Of a DNA stretch of 64,000 bases, positions 1-12,230 are shown piece after piece. Under the pieces are notes generated by a model. It was given only the letters and a program-made list of their open reading frames with translations, ran no database searches and was not told the DNA's origin. Numbering within the stretch: the stretch's first letter is position 1; the number at the start of each line of letters is the position of its first letter. Origin of the DNA: Dicyema japonicum (lineage: Eukaryota; Animalia; Dicyemida); NCBI GenBank assembly GCA_011109175.1, contig RDEW01000021.1, forward strand, positions 569,080 through 633,079, written 5' to 3'. Both the position numbers and the translations under genes were made by a program.

Positions 1-1700
1 TAGGAAAATGACCTGACTAAACACAAATTGATATTACATGAATTCAGACTCTCAACCTCCTTACAAACATAAAAATTCATAAAATGTTAAGTGATTTACT
101 TTGAGCTGCCAAATGGGTCTCATGGTGGTGGTCTGATCGCCCTCATGCATTCGCCTGACATTACCCAGTAAACAGTAATGCTAGTCTTATCCGATGACCA
201 CAATAAACTAAATTCTGTCATCAACATTATATCCACTCATTATACTCTTAAAAATTTACATCCCCCTTTGTCATTCCTACTCAACTTCATTATTATTTGT
301 GGTGACCTTAATGCTAAGGATACACTTTGATATTCAAATCAGTACTCGTATGCCAGAAAATCCTCTCACAGCTCGACATATCCCGTGACCTCTCGTTGTC
401 AACTTTCCCATAAAGGCCTTGATGATCTATGTCTGATCTAACGGGCTCTGGCTCTCAAAGCCATCTATGAATTCCCAATCAAGTCATGTTTTATCCCTAT
501 GTTATGGAAGAAATGGATCATCATCCCCGTCATCAAGAGCAATAAGGATTCCTTTTCCCTTCGTCTTAAAGGGAAATTTCTTTTATTTAGAAGTTATCAA
601 AGATCCTGGAAAGAATTGCTCTAAAAGAGATTTTCGGCGACCTCAAATTTTTCAAATCACAACATTGCTTTCTTCCCCTTCACTCGATAACCTTCCACCT
701 CTCCACTATTATGAAAATATCGCTGACTGTTTCAGCAATTCTATGACCCCTGAAAGAACTGTTCTGGCCTTAATTGATCTGACAAAAGGATTCAATCGAA
801 TCTCTTGTGGTACTCTCCAACAAAACCAAATCGTCCCCCTGTTAACAGTCTTGGCTTACAAAGTTCCTATCCAGAAGACTGGGTCAGACCTGCTTATATT
901 CTTGCATTTCTCGGATTTTCTAACTCCACAACGAATTCCGTCGATATCAGTTCTCTTCCCTTCACAAATAAATCTTAACTTCAGCGGATTTCCAACGACT
1001 CAGAAAACGCTCCTTATACCCTACACCGAATTGCATGTAGGGATAGAAACATCCAAATGGCCTCAAAAGATGTCCAAACCCATTTAAATCTTTTTTACCC
1101 CCCGGATGGTCTCAAACAGGATATCTCCATACCCGTCAGAATCTTCAATACTTTATTTACCACAAATCGTAAACAATTCAAACCAGTCCTATAAACTTTT
1201 TGGTGAACAAAAATCCAAAAATCCTCGGAGTCATCTTTGACCCATTTCTCTGTTTTGACAAGCACATAAATAACTCCACTAAAACGAAAATCAAATGTTT
1301 TTCAAGCGGTAGCTGGGCACTCAGACGGCCAATGAAACGTATTTCTAAAGGTGGCTCCATGCATATCACTATCTTTCCTACAAAAGCTACAGAAGATGCT
1401 AAATTCATCACTGAGGGCTATAACGGACTATTTAAATCATCTCGTGCTGACCGCTTACAATGGAAATGGAAGATCCTGCCGCTGGATCACCATGAAATGC
1501 TGAGTCTAAAATATATCCAACAGTCACTTGACCCAACCACCTACTTTCCCACTACTCTAATTCACTGAAACAGACACATTCGTAGGACTTTCACTGACCT
1601 CCAAAGAACACTCAGGAAAATCCGGCAAAAGATAGAACCTGGAATATATGTATACACGACTTTGTTCACATGTTCCATAAGGAGCCTCAAATAAAAAAAA
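1..1700 (+). mobile_element. Decayed non-LTR retrotransposon ORF2 (APE end, RT, thumb, C-terminus), Ingi/Vingi-like family
   Basis: IICGDLNAK (~292-330), TVLALIDLTKGF (RT motif), KILGVIFDPFLCFDKH (thumb) and QSLDP C-terminal motif. Many stops and frameshifts. DNA similarity to 47315-47350. Confidence 0.8.
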
Positions 1701-2423
1701 GAAACTGGAACCCAGAGCTCATGAAATTAACGCTTCAGAAATACTGCTTCTGAGGGCCGTAAGAGTAAAACGATGTTACATCATCCATCTCTGTTTGGAA
1801 AAAAAGTTCAAGATCTCTACTTATCTGGACCACCAGAGCTAATGTGAAAGTAATGGATCTATAAGAGCGTCTTGAGCTGTGCGATTTTTGACAATGTCCA
1901 GTTTCCTTTCACGTTATGAAAATTGTGGATAATAATTTAATAGGAAAATGAACTCCGGAAATATATTCCAAGGGTTCCTTTTTCGGAACTGATCTGAATT
2001 CCTATACCACTTACTCTTCAGGTTGATCTGGTTCTATTTAGTAGTATTCCTAGAAAGGAATATTACAGACTACTTCAGTGAATAGAAATAACAGTCTCAA
2101 AGTTAAAAGTAATCCAGACATTTATTCAACAGGACTTGAATGTCTGTAATGACAACAAGAGGGCTTGATGCTTATAAGAACTTTATCTCCTAAAAGGACT
2201 GGGATGAAATACTGTAAAAAAAACGCTAAAGGAATTTGGAAGGCTTGCAGATACTTATCACTGCACATGTCTAAATGCGGTGTCCGCTGAGAATTGGGGA
2301 TCCTGGCTCAATTCCTTCTCGACACGCGCAACACAATCTCTTCTACGTTAAAAAACGAACAACCAAATAACGAAGGTAATCATTGCTGATACCACTTTGT
2401 GTGTATTCTTGTTAAAACTTTAA

Positions 2424-3853
2424 GCGGAAAAAAGGTCAAGCGGAAAAAAAGTCAAGTCCGTAAGGGGAAAAAAAGTCAAGCGGAAAAAAGTCAAGTCGTC
2501 TTTTTTTAGTTTATATCGCATTTTTGTGATACTACTAGCATCTTTTAATTTTTAAAAATTTTTTCAATACTTGACTTTTTTTCCGCTTGACTTTTTTTCT
2601 ATTTTTGAAAATTTTTCCCTTATAAATTTTCGAAATTTAGCGCAAAACGGAAAAAAAGTCAAGTCCGCTAACGAAATCACGGACTTGACTTTTTTTCCGC
2701 TTTGGTATAATCGCTTTGACTAAATCAATTTAAGAATTTCAAGGTAATAATAAAATATTTTTTTTATTATAAAATGAATAAAAATTAAATTAAGGCATCT
2801 GAATGGCCATGCTATTTCCCCTAACAATAGCCAACGAGATACGTTCTCGGAACCAACTAGTCTCTCGCAGATTCTTGGTCACAGCTTGAATCATGGAGCC
2901 GATCTTACGAACCAACTCATCTGCTTGGGGGCCAAGGATTCCTAATATAATAAAATTGACTTAACTTTTTTCGCTTTGGTTTAATCTTTTTGACTTAATC
3001 AATATACGGATTTTAAGTTGAATTTCCCAAAGAAGGAATTTCTCACAATCACGAATTTGACGAAAGTCAAATAAAACTGATGAAATTGTGCAACGAAGCA
3101 AAACTTATTGCTAAAACGAGTCAAAAAAATCCCTTACAAATCTATTCAAAAATTGTGAAACAGCAACCAGAATTATTCTCCCTTCTGCAGATTCTTTCAA
3201 GCGAACACTAAGGAATCAACGCTTGTCTCTACATATTCCAAAAAATATTTTCGATCTCTGAGATATTCCATTTCGTCTTGAAACTATTATGGCAGACTTT
3301 GAAGATTCGGTATTTCGAGCTGTCCTTGCAGTATTTGGGAGACGAATACATATTAGAGGATGTTATTATCATCTAAGACAGTCAACCTGAAGAAAAATTC
3401 AAGAATTCCATCTAGTAAAACAATATAAAGAAAATATTAATTTTAACATTTTTGCGCAATGATAGACGCTCTTGCGTTTTTACCCATTCAAGATATGGAA
3501 GAAGGAATAGAATTCCTAATGAATAATATGCCAGAAAATATTCCAGATCCAAAATATATATCAAGTCCGTAATTTCGGAAAAAAAGTCAAGTCCGTAATT
3601 TCGTTAACGGACTTGACTTTTTTTCCGTTTTGCGCTAAATTTCGAAAATTTATAAGGGAAAAATTTTCAAAAATGGAAAAAAAGTCAAGTATTGAAAAAA
3701 TTTTTAAAAATTAAAAGATGCTAGTAGTATCACAAAAATGCGATATAAACTAAAAAAAGACAACTTGACTTTTTTTCCGCTTACGGACTTGACTTTTTTT
3801 TCCGCTTGACTTTTTTTCCACTTGACTTTTTTTCCACCTTGACTTTTTTTCCC
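2424..3853 (+). mobile_element. Internally deleted Mutator-like (MULE) DNA transposon with long modular terminal inverted repeats
   Basis: About 2460-2700 is the reverse complement of about 3575-3853, built of AAAAAAGTCAAG(TCCG) units. The interior has SHNHEF (end of a FLYWCH-type finger), LPSADSFKRTLRNQR and DALAFLPIQDMEEG, typical of MULE transposases. No TSD found. Confidence 0.8.
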
Positions 3854-4169
3854 TACAACCATCTTCGGCATCTCTAGCCGAACTAGTGTAGTTAGTCCCC
3901 CGAATACCTGTGTTTGTTCTTCTCTTTCGGCACGTGCGTTCTGGATTGATTCGAGCCTGCAAAATGCTTTTTAGGGCACTTTGCGGTTTCTGGACCCGAA
4001 TCACGCACGTTTTGCGGTTTGGCAGAAACCGCAGACTTCCTTTTCTCCCTACTGTAGTCCAGCCTACAGTCATCGGGAGATGGTCCTCTTGACGTCCTTC
4101 ATCGAGGGCAGGCCTGTTGGACCGCTGGCTGTGTGACGGATTCAGCCCTGCCCTCGGTCCTTGATCCAT
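3854..4169 (-). mobile_element. Possible N-terminus of a LINE gag-like ORF1, truncated at the MULE end
   Basis: GC-richer ORF starting MDQGP with GWTTVGRK and basic residues; it abuts the MULE right TIR. Confidence 0.35.
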
Positions 4170-4179
4170 TTTAGGAGGC

Positions 4180-4540
4180 TAAGTCTTGCTCTCAACCTCC
4201 ATCCTCCTCGTCGCAGGCACAGCTTGTTCAACAGCTAGCTGTGTGGGGATGTCCGCTGCCGTGTGGAAAGCAGCCCTGCCATCGATCCTCATATTAACTC
4301 TGAAAGCCAGAAGGATCGAGTCGCGAACGACCCTCCTGAGCTTTTCCAATCCTCGGACTCCTCTAAAATATAGTCCAATAGTGGGCTTATTATGAAAGAG
4401 TCCTTGAACCACGTGGGCCGCTGTATCACAGACCACACGTGAGAAGAACACTAGGACACCATGCAACATGATGGACATGGTGACATCTCCGGACTTATCA
4501 ATCTGCTCGCCTCGTCTTTCCCGATCATTAATTGGACNAC
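4180..4540 (+). mobile_element. Decayed LINE APE endonuclease remnant with a possible degenerate 2A-like motif
   Basis: TSPDLSICSPRL..INW resembles an APE C-terminus. LCGDV(RCRV)ESSPA occurs at 4239-4280. Confidence 0.45.
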
Positions 4541-5325
4541 ATCTAACCTTGTTTCTTTTGCTGCACATGCGGGGCTATAATTAATATGGCTCTCGTGAAG
4601 TGAATAATAGATTCGTCTTCACAATCGATCTCAGATATTGATATACTACTCTCAAAATTATTGAAATGCTAGATACATCATGTTTGTTTATTATATATCA
4701 GTCCATTGAAGTCTCAAACTTTCTGATGGACCCTACTACACAACTTTCACTATCAAAATATAAAAATTACTCTTACAACTTTCACTATCAACTCATTCAA
4801 CATGTCTCACCAAATTCAAATCATTTCTGGTTTTCATTCATATATTACTAGAATTCACCTGAATTATAATATTCCACTATCGTAGACAAGTATTTTGAGT
4901 CAATAATCCTTAAATCAGAGAAAAGATTGGATGACCTGTTTTCTCAGAAACCCTCCCTTATTTTTCTTGTGTTTGGCACGCAGTTGATAAAAATGGGGTT
5001 GAAAAGAAATGTTGGCCACTTCCGACTTTTTACACTCAGGTCAAATTCGCCTAAAGCTGGAATGACTGAACAACATATCAATCGTCAAAGCAAGGGCTCT
5101 AAGGGGTTACGAGCAGTACTTCGGTGCGGGAATGAGCGATTTTGTTTCCGTACCAAGTTGGCCAATTTCTGTGCTCTCATCAAGTAAATCTCCACAGAGG
5201 ACAAAATCCACTGTAGGGAAAGTAAGTTAAAGTCATCTCTACTGTTTTAATGTGGGATATTTCTATTGATGTGTTGATATATTCAATTTTTTATCAAGTC
5301 CATTATTTAACGCAAAAATTAACTG

Positions 5326-5691
5326 CTAACAACTACTGGCTGCTCTCATAATTGAGAACGCATTTCTCCTGACGATTTGCAAGGAAATGCTCTCAATGAG
5401 CCTGCTCCTTTCTCCTATAATTTTTTTCCTCGCGATGAGCGATCCGATTGTGTTTAGCAGGACCCAGGCAAGGTATCTAACGCTTTCCATAGGAAATATA
5501 TTCAATTCGTTATGTCTAAAAGATGCTTGAGAATATGCATGTCGAGTACAGACATGGAATGGTTCACTTCTGAATCCAACCACCTGGTGGGGCTCTCGAC
5601 ACATTTTTGACGATCGATTGAAAAGTGAGCGGTCGTTAAATTTTCTTCTAAGAGGAGAAAGCGCGTCATTTATATTTTTCAGCCAAATCAA
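5326..5691 (-). mobile_element. CRE-like (RLE-type) non-LTR retrotransposon C-terminal fragment
   Basis: IFPMESVRYLAWVLLNTIGSLIAR..GERSRLIESISLQIVRRNAFSI matches the F.P..E..G..G...IG.....SI.I.RGNA pattern. Confidence 0.6.
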
Positions 5692-5949
5692 CTAATTCGA
5701 AGAAAGCCCTTACAATAAATTAGTTGTCATTTTAAACAATTAATTTTAAATCTATTTAAACCAAGAACTGAATTAATAATATTTAAAAAGATCAACCCAC
5801 TCGGTAGAAAATCATACGTTTTCACACGAACGAGCATAGATTGCTACTCTCTTTTCGGAAAATTTGACCAGAAACAAGAAATACAACGGAAAAAACCAAC
5901 GTTATGCAAGTCTTTATATGTGGCGTGTTATAATAATGACAATGACCAC

Positions 5950-6260
5950 AGGCCTCAGTCGCCAGAAAACTATATCATAAATTTCTTCCAGCGAACAAAC
6001 ATCTGAAAAACTCAGAGTTGCTTTTGACTCGTCTCTATGTTTTAGCAAACAAGTTAACAACTTTGCACCAAAGCTAAGAGAAAATTATACGCGTCGAAAA
6101 TCTTGTCGTTGATCACCTTGAAATGCGGAGCTTAAAAATCTACCACAATCTCTTGACCCTATTCACCCAACCTTCCCACTACTCAGTCTACTTACCAGTG
6201 GTACCTCCAGAGAACTCTCACTGACTTCCAAAAAACACTCAGGAAATTTCCACTTTTCAG
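5950..6260 (+). mobile_element. LINE thumb/C-terminal fragment (same family as 1-1700)
   Basis: LRVAFDSSLCFSKQV; the CAATCTCTTGACCC...CACTCAGGAAA segment is homologous to 1520-1620. Confidence 0.55.
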
Positions 6261-6309
6261 AACTGATGCTCCTAAATTCTTCAGTGTGTAATTTGCATGT
6301 CATAACTAA

Positions 6310-6600
6310 TTAATCCAAGGAAGGAACCCAAAGGAGAACATCAGCTTGTGTCGACAAATCAATATTCAATAGTACATTACAGGCTTCCGCTTCAGAAGAG
6401 AGTCGAAGAAGTAGGTCCGCCCTCTTTTATTTTCATATCATGTACTACCGTAGAGGGCATTACATTATTCTTCGGCGGAATAGTTTTCATAATGTAATCT
6501 CCACCAGACGATTTAATCAGGGAGAAGGTAGAAAGATCCCTTTCAACTGTTGTGTCGTGCCAGAAGGACTCTTAACCTCACGGGTGGAATCTGTTTGACT
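6310..6600 (-). repeat. Copy 1 of an unassigned dispersed repeat (others at 25320-25750 and 61790-62170)
   Basis: Shared TCCTTCTGGCACGACACA..GTTGAAAGGGAT, TATGAAAACT and (with the 62 kb copy) GGACCTACTTCT blocks. Confidence 0.65.
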
Positions 6601-6999
6601 AGAATTTTTAGAATTTGAAACAACTAAATTTAATCTTTAATGATTTTATTTTATTAAAAAAATAAATAAATAATAAAAATCTTTAAGATGGATGTCATAT
6701 CCCAGTTTCTTTGGATTATATTTAGTGATAGACTTAGGAAGTGTTATGGTAATATAAGCCAAGACCTAGTGAGATAACCAGGAAGAGAAACCCTAACTAT
6801 TTCGCATTCCAGTCGTAAAAAACTGTTTATGAACATTTATCAATATTAGCTCGATTCACCGCCTTTCGAACCATCTCATCAAAAAAGATTAATATATTTA
6901 GCGTGGGAGTTTCCGTCCCCTGGAGATGTCCTCACTATATGCAGTCAATTATCGTCCCTCTTTAGGGCATCTATAACTTTTTAACTTTCTATATTTTTT

Positions 7000-7960
7000 G
7001 ATATAGAGAAAATAAGGATGAAATTAGAAAATGCTGACCAAGAACACAATGATTGAGAGATGGAGTACACTCTTTTATGTGGAATAACGTGGCTTAGTAA
7101 GAACATCTCATGGATTTCATTGTTGTACTCTTCTGTGCATACTCAGACTCATCGGATGCACAAAGGATTTCCACATCTGTAGAGAGAATATTGTTTTGTT
7201 GATGACTCTGTTTATGGGAGTGACTGCGCCCTCTCATACTTTCACAGAAAATCACCTATTTGCCTTCGTTGTCACCGATACAGCATTTTGAACTTTTCCA
7301 ATTGCGATTTTCCTCCGTATAAGAAAGCTTGGCCAGACAGTTTGACGTCATCGCATCCAAGGCATTGGTAAATGGAGGCATTATGTGTTCTCGGAGGTGC
7401 TTTGAATATTGATCAAATGGCAGCTGTTGGTTACAGTTGTAAGCACTTCTATAGTCTACAAAGTTTCGCAGTCATGCCCATTGAGGGAACATGCTAGTAT
7501 ATGAGTTCCTTACTTGACACATCCTGTATGAATAGCATTTCCCAGCTGAACGTTAATGAGAATCAAATATGCAGGAACTTGTTTGTCTCGACAGCATAAA
7601 CTTTTGAAAATCCATGAGAGATGATTTAACGATAACCTTGTTTGTAGTTCAGGACTGTGATACTCGTAGAACAAATTGTTTGTATACAAGTGGATATCCA
7701 TCAACCTTGAGAGAGGAACAGTCATCTAACGATCACCTTTATAGGATTTGTTGTTGTCCACAAGAGGGGCACCAGGACTTAAGCTTATCGAAGATGACGA
7801 CACGTTCATTGGAGTTATTATCAAGGATTATTACAGACGTAATCAAACGAGAAGCTTCCGGCATACGACAGATCTCGTCTTTCTTAAGGTTGGAGGCTTG
7901 ATTTCAGTAAAGAGCATCGTGTCCTATACCTCCTTGATTCGCAAAACCACCCCGTCGGCA
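7000..7960 (-). mobile_element. Decayed LINE ORF2 C-terminal region
   Basis: GTATACAAACAATTTGTTCTAC (YKQFVL) is shared with the LINE fragment at 24690; IFKAPPRTHNASI motif. Confidence 0.5.
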
Positions 7961-8749
7961 TCTATAGCTTTTTAACAGAGAAGATCCCAGGCGATGTCCG
8001 TGAACGTCTAGTAGACTGGAGGGAAAGCATCATAATATTTTTTTAAACCTATAAAAAAGTCTTAGAAAAGTTATTATACTGTTCCTTCGTTACCATTAAT
8101 GAAGTTAAAACCACCGGAAATGCATAGTATTTTTTAATTGAGGGAATATAAAAATACTCCACGTAGATATCTATTAATTTTTTACAAGAAAATTCTTAAT
8201 CCAGTTGTCGGCTCTTCTAAGAAGCTTTTCTGAGACCTACATTCGTATAGAATGCATGGAGAGGCCTTTAACAAATAATTCATTAATTGGCAGCTGGAGC
8301 ATGATAAGTATAAATGCTTTAATACTAGCATATTTGCTTATGAGTTTTTGTAAATAGTCAAAAAAAGTCAAAATTTAATTTTTAGGTCTTTAATATAAAG
8401 GAGCGCTGGACCGGTTAGTATCTCCCCGGAACTGCTGAAATATGGACCTATACGTCTCTTCGAAACCATTACGACATTATCTAATGGAATGTTTACATCT
8501 AACTCGGTCCTACTACTGGGAAGCGGGATATTGATACCTATACAAAAGTCTAACAAACCAAACTGACTACTAGAAAGTCTATGTCCAGTCATATGTTAGA
8601 CATGTTACTCAAAGTTCTTACTTTGGACCGCTTAAAGCATCAAGCGAAAAAGTTTGCCAAAAAATAGCAAACCATAGCGGATTTCGTGAAGGAAGTCGAC
8701 AGCGGACATTCTGTGGAGCCATAGGTGGCGGTGTGCAAAACTCAAAGAT

Positions 8750-9110
8750 ATGAAAATGCCACGACCATCCTGGGAATCGATATGTCAAGAGATTTCAACA
8801 CTATTAGCAGACACATGTCCTAGAACAATTTGTGGACCAATCGTTCAAAGGATTATCCAAGAACTGCTATCTAGTACTGACCTCTCAGTCAGGATTGGAA
8901 GAACTATATCCATTCCTTTTAAAATCGGCACTCCTCAGGGAGATTCTCTCTCCCTTACTATTTGTGATATATCTCTAAGCTGCACTAAGGGATCTAAGAA
9001 CGTGTTACAAAGGAAAAATAGAGAAGTCTTGTACGCGGATGATGTAAATTTCATATCCGAGGATAAAGAAGCTCTCCCACGTTTACTGAAAAATTCATCT
9101 ATCTGTTAAT
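8750..9110 (+). mobile_element. Reverse transcriptase fragment of a non-LTR element
   Basis: VRIG...IGTPQGDSLS and VLYADDVNFI motifs. Confidence 0.75.
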
Positions 9111-9209
9111 CTTGCATGTTTAATGCATCTGTGAACCAATACTAACATATAATGCTGGTACTTGGGCCTGTTCGATTGCGGAATCGATGGCTCTCGATGT
9201 GTTTCACAG

Positions 9210-10157
9210 AAGGGGTGGTCAAAACCGCATGCGGACCTTGTGCGGCTCGACTTAATTGCTATAAAACACAAAAAATCATTTTGTTATTTTTTAAATTTAA
9301 TTAATTTTTTCAATAGTATTTGTAAATCTTATTTGTCAGTGTCACGTGCCTCTTCTGGAACTAAAAACGGTGTTTTAACAATGAACGGAGAGTGTTTCAA
9401 GATAAATGGGAACTTGTCTATTTTTGGACAATGGTTGATGGAAAAATACATTGTTTGATATATAACCAGTTTATCGCTATACCGAAAGAATACAACCTAA
9501 AAAGGCATTACCAATCTAATCATCGATCATGCAATTATTTCGAAGGTATTAAGTTGCTTATTAACCCAGAATGTCCAATGCGTGTTTCAAAGCTAAATGA
9601 ATTGTGAAAAATTTTAACTGCGTTACAGACGGATTACACAAAAATCATAATCGAAGTACTGCAAGCTATGAAATCAATAGAATGCTTGCAATAAATGGAA
9701 AATATATTTCGATGGTGATTTCATCAAACAATGCCTTATAAAAACTGCAAAAATTATTTTTCCAGATAACGCCCACTTGTTTAAAGATATTTCATAACCA
9801 GAAACACTGTCTCTGAACACACTAATGAAATGTCTTTGAATTTGAAAAACCAATTAAAGCTTGTGGATATTACCTCACATATGAACACCTAATTTGGAAT
9901 TGCTGGGCAAAGACAAGCTCATAACTCATTTGTAGGTGAGTCAAGTGTTTTAATTCGAAAATAAAATTATAGAAGTCTCAGCTATAAAATGAAGAATAGT
10001 TCATTTTCCTACGTGCAAAGAGCTCAGGAGTACTGTTCTTAGAAAATAATATATCTGAACTAATCTTCTCTTGATGAAAAATTATTATAAATGCGGCCCT
10101 CGAAGTGAAATTATTACAAAAGTCGGCCCTTGAAGCGAAATGAGTTTGACACCCCTG
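9210..10157 (+). mobile_element. Internally deleted hAT (Buster/SPIN, GTF2IRD2-like) DNA transposon
   Basis: Left end AGGGGTGGTCAAAAC and right end GTTTGACACCCCTG. The right flank GCTTAGAG fits NNNTANNN. RVFQDKWELVYF..KIHCLI..KEYNLKRHY is the N-terminal zinc finger. Confidence 0.8.
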
Positions 10158-11374
10158 GCTTAGAGTGTTATTTGGCATGCAGTGGCTTGCCAGAATCTCA
10201 AATGCTGGAATTTGTAAAAAAAGTGCAAGAGTAGGCCTCTAAGCCTGGACATTACTGACGCTCCTTGTAGACTGCTTGCCCACATCCTGCTATGGATCTC
10301 GTTACCCCAGCGAATTTGGCGATGGAAAACTACTCCATGTTCCAGAAGAAATGCTTCCGTGGCCGACCGAGAAAACAATCCCTATCATACATAGTGCACA
10401 AAAACCTCCACAGTGAAGAAATGCCTGAATACGGGAGACGATCTGGACAAGCTGAGATCGATTACGGGTAATTATGGAGGATAGAAGAGGCTAACTAATA
10501 ATATTGTGTTGTATATGCTTTTCTATAATCATCTATCCTTTTGAGAGATTTGAAGGTTATTTTGACAAAACTGAACGAGCTCCAAGGGTAGAGTATTTCT
10601 TCAGTTTTTTTCCGTTTGACGAATCGGAATTTATACAGTCAGAATAAACAGTTAATCTACCTCGCAAGTCAAACCCATTCAGACCACGTTTGATGATCTC
10701 GTCGAGGGAGGTGTTTTTGGGAAACCTCTTGGCGTATCTACTGCAAGAAAAAAATGAACTCCTTCCTGGTCAACCTTAACTCAATAACTACACATGCAAG
10801 GTTCTCAAACGTCAGGTCCATAACTTAAACCAACACCGATGCGGAGGTTGGTTTAATATTTGAGGCCTTTTCGGGATAGACTTGAATACTTCCATCATGC
10901 ATCCATGTTAGGCCAGCCCATATAGAGTTATAGTCAGGGAATAGAAGAGTAAGATCATTAATTGAATTTTAGAAGTTTGAAACTGTAATGTCGATAGTAA
11001 GTTTTCTCAAAAAGTACGTAATTCGATGATGAGTACTTTAATCCATTTACATTCAAGTGTAAAACCAAGATATGCTTCTTCCAATGTCACAAAGATAAAT
11101 GGCCACATGGTGGAAAAGCACAAATGATTCTTTTAAGAAATACATTATATTGACTGAGAGCATCAATTTAAAAATGATAAAGTACATGGCGTTAAGTGAA
11201 ATAAAAAAATCCAAAAATCACAGTGAAACCTAATTAACTAATAACGTGATCTGGAATGTATTGACAGAGAGGAGACTGTCTCTGGTTAAATGGAATGAAC
11301 GGTTCTCTTTCGGGGTGCAGTACATGACCTTTGAGATACACCAGAAGTTATAGGGTTGGTGAAATTTTAAATTA

Positions 11375-11680
11375 ATTATTAAATTATTCCAAAGACTAAG
11401 GGTAAAACCAAATTAACTAATTCGTTGATCCTGACGCGTTCCAGCAGAACTTTCACTCAAGCACAGTAATCCAGGGGCGTTGTCCGAGAAGCTGTGGTCG
11501 ATTCCAGAACTCGTCGCCAAAGAGTGAAATTGTCTCCAGATGGAATAAATAGATTGATCATATTGAATTCCGGCCAGCCATTTGGCGTCTCCTGACTAAG
11601 GTAGATCCAATGACTCCAGAAGGAAGAATGATAAATTTTCAATTTTCTATCAAGTAGCCACATGCCACTACGCAGTAGAT
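11375..11680 (-). mobile_element. Short non-autonomous retroelement (pseudoknot core plus a LINE tail of the 34.6/58.9 kb type)
   Basis: The head GTGGCTACTTGATAGAA matches 16678-16695, the core matches 56075-56137, and the tail TTAATTTGGTTTTA matches 34611-34625. Confidence 0.7.
11554..11617 (-). ncRNA. HDV-like pseudoknot, decayed copy
   Basis: P1 GGAGTCA/AGACGCC (2 mismatches), P2 TTG(G)ATC/GATCAA, P3 CCT/AGG, C-A-A before the P2 3' strand. Confidence 0.4.
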
Positions 11681-12230
11681 TTATTTTTTTATTTTTATTT
11701 ATTTTATTTAAAAAACAAGAATAACCGACAAAACAAAGGAAGGTAGAGGCCGTCAGGTGATCCCGGCCCCTTGAGCAGCCGCTTCATCTTTCCTCGGTGT
11801 TCCTCCCGAGTGCCGACATACTTCCTGCATGGACGAATCACTTTACGGAAGATTAGGGGTTTTGGCTGAGCTCCCGTTCTCCTAATGAGTTCCTCGACGG
11901 GGTAGGTTTTATTGACGAGGAGGATCTTTGTAGGGTTTTTGTTAGTATCTCTTGGAATGAGTTTAATTTCTTTAGCTTAGTGTCGGATATGCTAGTACCC
12001 CATGTCGCGCAGCAGTAACTGATTGACGGAAGTATATATTAATAGTAAAGATGATATACTGTTGAGTGGAACCATCTCTTGTAGTAGCGTTTTTGCCAAG
12101 TTTAATTTTCGCTGGGAAGAGGAGATTATGTCGCTCACATGTTTGTTTAAGGTCATTAGTGGCTCACATGTGACCCCCAGTATCATATGAAATAACATGG
12201 AAAGGGACTTTGGGGACAATCTTGAAATTT
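11680..12230 (-). mobile_element. LINE 3' fragment ending GAGIT-stop, 3' UTR and (TAAAA)n tail
   Basis: ILGVTCEPLMTLNKHV is nearly identical to KILGVTYDPLMTFNKHV in the 49.2-51.6 kb element. GGGATCACCTGA at 11764-11753. Confidence 0.8.

Noticed and set aside
2424-2700. Short regularly repeated motif resembling a CRISPR array
   Set aside because: The spacers are not unique or regular, the block is mirrored at 3575-3853, there are no cas genes and the context is eukaryotic. These are MULE TIR subrepeats.
4103-4156. 10-bp inverted repeat CGAGGGCAGG/CCTGCCCTCG as a ribozyme
   Set aside because: It occurs once, lies inside a putative ORF1 fragment, and no hammerhead core or HDV order could be built.
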